This document shows positions 53,911 to 64,000 of a stretch of 64,000 nucleotides of DNA, one piece after another. The position numbers and the translations under genes are program-made. Each line of letters starts with the position of its first letter. The first letter of the stretch is position 1. Where the stretch lies: assembly GCA_964016885.1 (NCBI GenBank), contig OZ024751.1:23436001-23500000 (forward strand), read 5' to 3'. The DNA comes from Eledone cirrhosa (taxonomy: Eukaryota). Under the pieces are notes generated by a model, which was not told the origin of the DNA, did not search any database, and saw only the letters and a program-made list of their open reading frames with translations.

Positions 53911-54559
53911 GTTATTCCGGGTTGAATCGGAGGTAACCACAGTAAGTAAGGTACTCAATACATTGCAGAGTATAAAAGTTTTAATATATGTATATATATA
54001 TATATATAAATATATATGTATATATATATACAGTATATATATATATATAATATATAATATATGTGTGTGTAGTGAGCCAAAAGTACATCTTATAAAATAG
54101 TTCATACTTTGAGCTATAACCCAGTTTCACCCGTTCCATTTCACTCACTCTCTACATTCCATACAGACTTCTCATAAACAAATTTGCTAAAAAAACACGA
54201 GACCTTATAATGAACATTGCCCCTGTATTTATCTCACAGAAAAACCTTCGCTACTAAGACCCCCTACACAGAACTATTATAAATAAGGTGTTTTATGCAT
54301 GAATGAACTTAATTTGCGCGAGCAAACATCTCAGTGCAAACGTGTCAAATTTTTAAACATCTAAAGAGCAACACGTAGCTTACTAGATGGTGGTGGTGTT
54401 GGTCGTGATGTAGATAGTGACGTTGATTGTATTGGTGATGGTGGTGGTGGTGGTGGTGGTGGTGGTGGCGGCGGTGGTAATTGAGGTTATGGAGATAATG
54501 ATTGTGGTATAAAGGGCTGCTTCGTGAACAATTATATCGTGCCATTTTTGCTATCGGAA

Positions 54560-54907
54560 GGGGCGGTGATTTGGCAGAATCGGAAGAGGGTTGGATGTCA
54601 TGCTTTCTAGCATAGTTATGTCCCTTTACGGCCTGAGTTCAAAACCCGACTAGATTAACTTTGCCTTTCATCCTTACGGGATCGATAAAATAAAGTACCA
54701 GTAATACACTAAAGAAATTGGTGGCCTTGTGCCAAAAGTAGAAACAATTATATTTGGTATTTATAGGGTATTCTCAATGTGTAACATCGCTATCCCAATA
54801 ATTGTTTCTACTTTAGGCACAAGGCCAGCAATTACCCAGTGCATTACTGGTACTTTATTTTATCGACCCCGTAAGGATGAAAGGCAAAGTTAACCTCGGC
54901 GGGATTC
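54560..54907. mobile_element. Two Meta-domain-type SINEs tail-to-tail (54560-54750 +, 54797-54907 - partial)
   Basis: Family consensus. Confidence 0.85.
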
Positions 54908-55035
54908 AATAATGTTAATTCGAACAGTGTCGGAGAACACTCTCTGACGGACAGAATACCAAGCGCTATGTATTTCTTCTCCCCCCTCTCTCTCTCTCAC
55001 CCACACACACAGTTCACAAGTAGTTATGTATGGAG

Positions 55036-55084
<49 letters not shown>

Positions 55085-55085
<1 letters not shown>

Positions 55086-55120
55086 TAGTCGAATTACCCG
55101 CGCCTTGCTGCGTTTCACAC
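55085..55120 (-). mobile_element. Helitron-like 3' terminus
   Basis: rc: cgcagcaaggcgcgggtaattcgaCTAG followed by t: GC-rich subterminal hairpin about 11 nt before CTAG. Confidence 0.5.
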
Positions 55121-55331
55121 ATTTTTTTTGAAAATGATGATTTATTTTAAATCAGTGATATAAATTATGGTGAAAAACTCTCCATTTCAATATTACTCAA
55201 TGTAAAATGTAATGCATAAAAAATTGGAAAACATTATTTTTTGTAATATATCAAATCAAAATTACGTTATTAAATCTTATTCTTATTTTGTTTCTTGTAT
55301 ATAATTTTTTTCTTGTATATAATTTTTTTGT

Positions 55332-55943
55332 GAAATAGAAATTAGAAGACCAAAGCTAAACAGAAAGAATGAGTGGAACAACAACAACACCCAGACAAAC
55401 AACACTGACCTAAGAGAAGTATAAATAAGTAAATAAATAAAATAAAATAAAATAAGATAAATAAATACATACACAAGCACAATAACAACAAGCACATAAA
55501 CACACACTAGTCACCCAGCAGACACAACACTATACACACTAGTCACACAGCACACATAACACTATACACACACACAAACGCATGCGCAAAGAAGACAAAA
55601 TAAAATAAACAAACAAGCAAATAAATAAATAAATATATAGACAGACTGAATAAAAAATGGCGTAGACATACAACACAACAGGAGGAAAAAATATAACACC
55701 ACTGACGATGTTGCAGATGTGCAACGAAAGATTTATGTAAATTATGTAAACTATATATATGTGTTTGTGTCTATATTGTATCTGTATTATTTTTGACCGT
55801 CGGTCAGTCAATGGCAACATTGAGGACCGATTAAGTTAGATCGCAGATATAAAAGACAGCGAGAAGCGAAAACCAACCAAACAGTGAGTGTGTTCTGTTA
55901 TTAATTCTGGCAATATTACGCAAATATGACCCTCCCCAAGTAT

Positions 55944-55950
<7 letters not shown>
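55332..55950 (+). mobile_element. 5'-truncated Neptune-like PLE copy (last ORF codons, 3' UTR, HHR at ~55693-55754) ending in (TA)n
   Basis: EIEIRRPKLNRKNEWNNNNTQTNNTDLREV*; CTGACGA t gttgca gatg tgcaac GAAA. Confidence 0.9.
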
Positions 55951-56022
<72 letters not shown>

Positions 56023-56387
56023 TATGTATACGTACATACATATATGTATACAGACGTACAGTAGTATATATATACATACATGCACACATATATATATATG
56101 TACGTATGGATTTACCGAACATTTATTATAATACACGGTTTGTTTGTAAACAAACATCCCGAATTAAGTCGTACAGTGTTTAGCAACCATCGTTGCCCTT
56201 TTGTCCAACACTGACAATGAAATTTCGTTTCATTTTTTTCCATATATATATATATATACAAAACCATATGGTTTTGGAGATAGAACCCTCATAACCATAT
56301 ATATTCTGAAACTACATTGCCCAGGGTACTCGGATAAGTATATATATATAAAGCTACAACATACCCGCTCGGGCTAAGAGACGAAAG

Positions 56388-56502
56388 ACTTGCTGAAGAA
56401 GTAAATCCTATGTTCTGTCGTCAAAAACCATTATAATGCAGACTCCTGCAATAGGAATTTGTCGATCTTAGATTTGCAGAAACTTAGCGCTGATGTTGGA
56501 TG
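56388..56502 (+). ncRNA. Hammerhead-like motif with large stem II insertion (family P) in ~530-bp insert 56259-56790
   Basis: CTGAAGA a gtaaatc...gatttgc a GAAA c ttagcgctga tg TT; stem I poorly paired. Confidence 0.5.
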
Positions 56503-56787
56503 CGATGTGTGATCTATATTGTTGATATACGATGTAAATTATATATTTTGCACTCAGACTCACCGCTATGTCCGGGTCAGTATAAAATCTTTTCCTGGGT
56601 CCTGTATTTTCGTTGCACTAGTGATGCGGCTGGACTGCCGACCGCTATATCTGATTTGCTAAGCTGTCTGAACGTAATGTTATTACTCTAGGGTCTTTCC
56701 TCATCTGAGTGCTCAAGCTACAGACCGATTATGCATATACGCTAGCTTGGCCGTATTCTAAAGCTTCGTCAATGCTGTACTAAAATT

Positions 56788-56857
<70 letters not shown>

Positions 56858-57014
56858 GAAAGAAGGAGTGAAAGAACTTGAGCTTAGCGGAAAAGTCTGG
56901 ATACGGCGTGGTAGGGTCGGAAAGTGGTCTACTACGGGAATAGGAACTAGATAACGAAGGTCCAGAATTAGCCGTCGAAACGGCTTGAGCTCATCCGTCG
57001 GGGTCCTACTCGTT

Positions 57015-57067
<53 letters not shown>

Positions 57068-57097
57068 ATTTATACATATAAGTTCACAACAGTAGCA

Positions 57098-57151
57098 GCA
57101 TACGTAGATACTCGAGTTTCGTTGGGTCTACTACCAACTCATTCAGTGTGC
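57098..57151 (-). ncRNA. Hammerhead-like motif with extended core CUGAAUGA (family Q)
   Basis: rc: gcaca CTGAATGA gttgg tagtagac ccaac GAAA ctcgag TA tctacgtatgc; palindromic stem III. Confidence 0.62.
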
Positions 57152-57693
57152 CATATAAAAAAAAATATATATTTATTTATACTGAATATATTGAGTTCTT
57201 TTAAAACATTTCCTATATACTAATTGCTTCCCTTGCGTACCTTCACAAGTAGCTTACTATTCTAAATTATATTGTATTGTATATTAACAATGTTTTGTTG
57301 TGGAAGAATAAATATGTCACATATAAAACATGCGTTGAAATAACTAGAATCATTATTATAAAAGGTATGTAATATATTTAAAACATAACACAGAAAGCCA
57401 AACTGTTCCATTAAGCGACATAGCCTGCAATACTAATATATGACATTATATATGAACATAAAAATGTAAATGAATGCAAAACTGTTATTTGAAATTCGAA
57501 TGGGAATGCTTATAAAAGTACACTCTATTAGAATACAGTAACCTATTTTAAATAAACATTCGAGCATTGTTGAAAATTATACTAAAATGTATGTATGTAT
57601 GTATGTATGTATGTATGTATGTATGTATGTACGTACGTATGTATGTATGTATGTATGTATGTATGTATGTATGTATGTATGTATGTATGTATG

Positions 57694-58529
57694 TTATCTC
57701 TTTCTCTTAATTTCGAGTATATTTTTTTTTGACCGGCCACCTTCCTGGTGGCAAGGTTGTAAAAGAAAAGAAATTGTCATCCCTTGAATCACAAGAATGT
57801 TTTGCAAATTTTGAAGGTGCCAGATATCGCAGCCATTTGTAGACTATGAATTAGGGAGATGCGCTTTTTGTCTGCAAATCCAAGTTCAGTCATACTCTGG
57901 TCCAAGCGGGTTGGTATATAACCCGTAGCTCCAATAATGATGGGTATGAAGCTAAAGATCTATCTTGGATACTGGATTTGTAAACTCCTCATCAATGGTC
58001 CGTAGATGTCCTCCTTCTCCTGTATTTTTCTGACAACGTTTACATCAAGTGGGCAGCTGATCTCCACAACAGAACATGTTTTCAATGTGTGGTCCCAAAC
58101 AACAATATCAGGCCGGTTGTGCTTTAATTTGGTGGCAGTTTTTATTTTTGAGGTTCCACCAGTATTCCTTAGTGCCATCTGTCTCAATATATTCTTCCTC
58201 GTTTGTTGTTAATTTTGTTTTCCGAAGTGCGTTCCAGATGGTTCTAGCTATCCCATCGTGTCTCATGGGGAGGTAGTAGCGAGATGACATTCTTTCGCAG
58301 CTGGCAACAATGTGGCTTACATTTATTGTCAGCTGCTGGCCCTCCTCTTTTGTGCAGAAGATATTTGGTAGGGAGTTCTTGTTCCTGTATTGCATAGAGA
58401 TATCCCTCAAGGTGTGATGTCATAAACTTGTCAGAACTCCATGTCAGGTTTTTTGAGTGGTTTATCCCCTCTATGGTCTGTGTTTTACGTGTCAAGTATC
58501 CATGCACAACTTTTTCTGTAAATTGGTCA

Positions 58530-58530
<1 letters not shown>
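57694..58530 (-). pseudogene. 5'-truncated R4/Dong-like LINE of a second, divergent family, flanked by (CATA)n on both sides
   Basis: YAIQEQELPTKY; HIVASC; RHD; HNRPDIVVWD..VVEISCP..EKEDIY; IPIIIGATG; frameshifts. Confidence 0.9.
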
Positions 58531-58560
<30 letters not shown>

Positions 58561-58809
58561 TGTATGTATGTATGTATGTATGTATGTATGTATGTATGTA
58601 TGTATGTATGTATGTATGTATGTATGCATGTATGCATGTATGTATATTTTTATGTATGTATGAATGTTTCTATGTATGAATTTGTGTATGTGTATATGTA
58701 TGTATATATTTAAGTATGAAGTTATGTTTGTTTTGATGTGTGTATGTTTGTATGTATGTATGTGTATACATGAAGGTATGTATATTTGTATGAAGGTATG
58801 TATGTATTA

Positions 58810-58850
<41 letters not shown>

Positions 58851-59615
58851 CTCTTAACCTATTTTAATGGTAGCAGTAAAAGAACATTTGGTGATTGAAA
58901 TAAACAGGTATGGAAGCAAAACAACAATGCGGTGTGGAAGAACCACAACAACACCAGCAATAATAGAAAGAACAGTAATCTATATTGATGAGACGTCAAC
59001 AAGGAAAATGGCATTACTAAAACAAGATAAAAAAAAACAAAGAGACTTGAAAAAAAATACGCATAAAAATAAAATAAAAATTATTATAACAAATCGACAT
59101 TTTTGTTCTGTAATTATTTTGCAATCGAGTAAAACATAATAATAATAATAAAAAAAAATGAAACAAAAAAAGAAGAAAAATGAAACATAACAAAAGACAT
59201 AAAAAAAACTAGTATTAAGCTTTGTAACAATTGTTTTACGTTTTTACCTTTATTTTGAAAACAAGTAAAAACAATGACACATAGTTTACTTTTGTTGAAC
59301 TTTGTGAAACTATTATAGATTATTGTGTATGACTGTTTATCATTAAACTATGCTTCAGGTTGGTAGATTGTTGTTGCCAAGTACTTAGTTTTTGTTTAAA
59401 TTTTATTTCTATCTCACGTCGTCTCCTGATGGTCATTTGCATAGATTTTTATCCAAGACTCAGTGTTTTTAACACAAAGGATATATATTGTTCAACTGTT
59501 TTTTCGATCTTAGACAATCAGATAACTCTCTCTCACTCAGTGTTTATGCCGCATGACTTGGTTTTGGTATAGAAAAACAATACTAAAATAATTTTAAAAA
59601 ACACACAACCATAGG

Positions 59616-59657
59616 TAACCCTAACCCTAACCCTAACCCTAACCCTAACCTTAACCC
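59616..59657. repeat. Interstitial (TAACCC)n repeat
   Basis: About 7 units. Confidence 0.9.
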
Positions 59658-60019
59658 TTTTATTACAATAGTCTATGAATTTCAAATTATTTTGATAGAT
59701 TTCGTCGTCATAATTAACTCTTCTTATAATATAAAACTTTCGTTGGGAGCAAAACTGAGAGCTTAACATTTCTTACACAAAGTTATGATGGAAGGTTTTA
59801 AGATGTAAACAGTTTAACTCTTCCTGTAAATTTGTAAATAAAAGACGCTGCCTATAATTTTCATTTAATTTTGAAAATAATCAAGTAATTAATATAACCA
59901 ACTCTCTCATTTATAATCTTGGGTTTAGAATATAACCTAATAAAGGTTGTTACATAAAATTATAATTGTTAATGCAGTGTTTGTTATTAAGATATTAGGA
60001 AAACTATATAACTCCCTGT

Positions 60020-60245
60020 GGAGGCACCTGGCACAGTGAATCTGATATTTGGCTTACAATCGTAAAGTCCTGAGTTTGGTTCTCGGCGACTCTCCATTCT
60101 GTCAGCAGGGACTGTGGGGAGGCCAGCACGTGGGACCACATTTTCTCACCATACGGAGAGATGGGGAGGGCGAGAGAGATGGAGGTGATGACAGTAGGAG
60201 TTCGGCTCTTCCCCGTTCGGACCATATCCTTGTGATTGTGTTCAT
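60020..60245 (+). mobile_element. Third tRNA-related SINE family, full-length
   Basis: tggcacagtga box A-like and gagtttggttc box B-like; body shared with 6760-6912. Confidence 0.65.
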
Positions 60246-61012
60246 CAAGCCGTAGTGCAGTAATGAAATATATGTAAAAATAATTAACCACAAAGACATA
60301 CTATTTCGTGTTAAATGAATTGTAATTGTGATTCATATGGCTAGCAGCCTTGAATCTTCCAGAGAACTACGTTACGTTAATAGTACACGTGTCTTTAGAA
60401 TGATCAGCCATTTACATGTTAATTTCAGGAGCAGGAAACACTTTTCGAACAATTTCGAACAACTGGAACTCTTATTGTCTGAACCGATAGATATTCAACA
60501 CCACCACCACCACCAACAACAACAACAATAACAACAACAACCATATAATTGATTACATAATTCTTATGCGCATTCATTTATAAAAAAATACTTTATGACC
60601 CATTAGCAAAAATATTTTTTTCTCACAATACACACATTGTGAAATCCACATAAAAGGTTGATGCTAGCATATTGTGATCTTCATAGCGTTTTCATTACGG
60701 AATAAGTTTTGTTTCTAAAATGTTTACAATCTTGTAAATGGTAGGAAATATATTTCCATCAGTTTGGCACTTGAGACGATAAGAATCAACCGAGTTTATA
60801 CACTTGACATTATTTTTAGATAATCTGAGAGTATATCTGGCATTTTGTCATAACTTCTAGGAGGAAATTTTAATTTCTCTTCATTCACCGTTAAGGAAAA
60901 GAGGCACCCTTTTAAAAATCACACACAAACACACAAAATCTCACAGCCACACACACACATATATATAAATAAATAAATGCATACATATATATATAGGTCA
61001 CTGATGTAACTG

Positions 61013-61099
<87 letters not shown>

Positions 61100-61449
61100 T
61101 CATAAATATAAACACTAAATAGTAATTTGAAAGCTTTAAAAATGTGGTTTTAATAAAGCAAATTCATATTACGTCTTTTTCTTCTATATTTCCATTTAAG
61201 TAGATGTATGGAAATGAATAATTTCATTGTGTTCTGCTACAAAACCCTTAGTTAATAAATATTATATATAAATATTTACATTTGTCTAAATAAAAAAGAA
61301 GGAATCGAATTCATGATATTGATTCTATTTCGATTAGAAGCAACATGGTGATCATAGAATTTTAAGCGATAACATTTTTTATCATATTTTACAGATTTAT
61401 CGTAAGAATTAATAGCTTTCCACAGACTTTGAGTAGATGGTAAAATATA

Positions 61450-61662
61450 TTGGTTTCTTATATAGGCACAAGGCCAGCACTTTTGAGGGAGGGGAAAGTC
61501 GATTAAATCGACCCCAGTGCGTGACTGGTACTTTATTTTATCGACCCCGTAAGGATGAAAGGCAAAGTTAATCTCGGCGGGATTTGAATTCAGATCATAA
61601 AGGGCCGTAACTCATTGCTGTAAAGCATAGCGTTCGACACTCTACCGATACTGCCAATACAC
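61450..61662 (-). mobile_element. Meta-domain-type tRNA SINE (long-tail variant)
   Basis: Family consensus with ggggaaagtcgattaaatcgacccc segment. Confidence 0.9.
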
Positions 61663-61922
61663 CAGACGGTAAGATATATTAGTCTTTCATCTATTTTCTC
61701 TTCACCCAGAGTTTTGCTGCTCACCCGCCCTCCCACCTACCCACGTACCTACGTACATACCTAACCTACATACATACGTACGTAAAAAAACATATATACT
61801 TACGTACGTACATACATACATGCATGCATGCATTTAAACATGCATGCATGCATACATACATACGTACATACATACGTATATACATACACACACACACACA
61901 CACACACATCATACACACACAA

Positions 61923-61976
<54 letters not shown>

Positions 61977-62165
61977 CGAAGGAAATGTGGTAAGGAACCA
62001 AGTGGAGAATAACGCACCAAAGTACTCAATACTTAGGGTAGTAGAGTGGGTAATAGGAACGAGTAGGACCCCGACGGCTGAGCTCATACCTTTTCGACGG
62101 CTAATTCTGGACGCAGAATTAGCCGTCGAAACGGCCTGAGCTCAGCCGTCGGGGTCCTACTTGTT

Positions 62166-62228
<63 letters not shown>

Positions 62229-62578
62229 ATAATAATAAATGCGAAAACTAAAATCCAAAGAGGGCTCGATAAGTATAAATATATCATATCAAATATATAA
62301 GAGCATGTTAAAGGTGAAAGAAGCGATTCTTTGCTTAAACTTTAATCTGTTATTTTAATAAATATTTGCTCTACAGTTTTTATATATACTTACATATATA
62401 TAATCCTTATCGAGCCCTCTTCGGATTTTAGTCTTCACATTTATATATATATATATATAATAATTGTTTCTATTTGTTTCTATATATATAATAATAATGA
62501 TACTATTTATAGTTATGTATATACTATAAACAACTATAAACAGGAAAGTTCAGTAATTATATGTACAAACATTGTTAA

Positions 62579-62625
62579 TGCTCCGATGACTGCAAACGAA
62601 AGTTTGGAAGAAACGATTGTCAGCA
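62579..62625 (+). ncRNA. Minimal hammerhead ribozyme with U4C core (family R), about 8 nt from (TA)n
   Basis: tgct CCGATGA c tgcaaac gaaa gtttgga a GAAA cgattg TC agca. Confidence 0.8.
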
Positions 62626-62631
62626 ATAAAA

Positions 62632-62694
<63 letters not shown>

Positions 62695-63152
62695 GCTCGT
62701 GTGTGTGTATTTGTGTGTGTGATTGTGTATTTGTTGGCGGGTGAAATTATATAATTTTGACAAATTGCCAACCTTTAACTGAAACCTAAATTAAATTCAA
62801 TGATGTTCAACTTTCGTGAGTGTGTCAGAATATTTTAAACACGTACATCAGTACAATTATAGTTATAGTCTTAGTTTTGCAGCTTCCATTTTGGTTACTA
62901 AGATCTCATTGATTTATATAATATAATGTTTTGTATATAATTCAGCATGGAAGAAAATGCGATGCAAAGGGTATTGCTTGTTAGAGATGCTATTTATCAA
63001 TAAATACATAATAGAATAATTTTTCTGGTTGTTCCTACCACCCGCTCATATTTCATATTCCAATATGATAATAATGATAATAATAATAATATTAATAATA
63101 ACTACACTGACGGTCATAAGAAATATTTTAAGCTGACGTTATTCTACATGAA

Positions 63153-63342
63153 GGGGGTGGATTGGCAGTATCGGTAGAGGGTCGGACGCCATGCTTTCCA
63201 GCATAGTTACGTCCCTTTACGATCTAAGTTCAAATCCCGCCGAGGTTGACTTTGCCTTTCATCCTTACGGGGTCGATAAAATAAAGTACCAGTAATGCAC
63301 TGGGTAATTGCTGGCCTTGTGCCTAAAGTAGAAACAGTTATT
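63153..63342 (+). mobile_element. Meta-domain-type tRNA SINE, near consensus
   Basis: Box A, box B, gccgaggttgactttgcctttcatccttacggggtcgataaaat. Confidence 0.93.
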
Positions 63343-63594
63343 CTACATGAAGGTTTTAATGTCTGATATAAATGTTTATTTATCGTATATTTATTGTATA
63401 ACGTATGTTTTACTCGTCTTTACTTATTTTGGCACGAATCATGTAACGATTTTAATGTAACAGATGTTCACTTTCATTTATATAATAATATCATCGAATC
63501 CTAGGTAAAAAAAGATCAGGAATTTAATAAATAGAGGGAGAAAAAGTCAATTAAAACGACCCTAATATTCATTTAATACTATCTGTTTGTACCA

Positions 63595-63910
63595 TGCAAC
63601 GTCAGATAGAATCCGTTGCGATATTCGTTCCGGCTGTCTGCTCTCTGAGTTCAAATCTTGCCGAAGTTAACTTAGTCCTTCAACCTTTTAAGGTTGATAC
63701 AAAAGTAGCAGTCGAGCACTGGAGTCAATTTTTCCTCTATATATATATCTTTCTCACTTCCTCTCCAACTTTCTATCCTTATCTGGAAGAAATCTCCTGT
63801 GTTCCGACTGGGAGATGGTTGGGTTCCGCCAGTCTTACAAATGCCCAAGAAACGATGTCAATACGGTGCCCCTACGACTCCGCCAGGAGTTACGGGACCT
63901 TACCATATAT
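63595..63910 (+). mobile_element. Diverged Meta-domain-type SINE with long alternative tail
   Basis: gagttcaaatc box B; tail homologous to 293-430. Confidence 0.75.
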
Positions 63911-64000
63911 TATCGATTTTCGGTGGAGGAAAATGTAGAATTGATTTGAACAGGAATTGAATCAAGAACGTAGAGAGCCGTGCAAAATACCCGGCTCTCT

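Overview
AT-rich, microsatellite-saturated eukaryotic DNA, probably intronic or intergenic. It is most likely from an octopus or other cephalopod, inferred from its tRNA-derived Meta-type and CORE-type SINEs and repeat landscape. No intact host gene or intact transposon ORF is recognisable; nearly all ORFs in the track are (TA)n/(CA)n/(CT)n artefacts. Recognisable coding remnants are non-LTR retroelements: three R4/Dong-like RLE fragments, RTE fragments, one Tx1/L1-like RT fragment, and a Neptune-type Penelope-like element (PLE) GIY-YIG 3' end. The main hidden signal lies in the short sequence islands embedded in the (TA)n tracts. Manual folding finds roughly 25 type I hammerhead ribozyme (HHR) motifs or partial motifs from about 18 distinct sequence families, many with the palindromic stem III typical of PLE/retrozyme HHRs. 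Several have non-canonical cores (CAGAAGA, CCGANGA, CUGANNGA, CUGACGC). About 17 of these islands are head-to-head inverted pairs, and all have their 3' ends pointing outward into (TA)n. Three are longer-than-unit, directly repeated 554-616 bp non-coding monomers suggestive of circular-RNA (retrozyme) templates. Other features are a 29-bp satellite derived from a SINE, fold-back duplications of host DNA around (TA)n, and partitioning of microsatellite types among retroelement families. All structures were derived by eye; activity and family names need computational and experimental confirmation.
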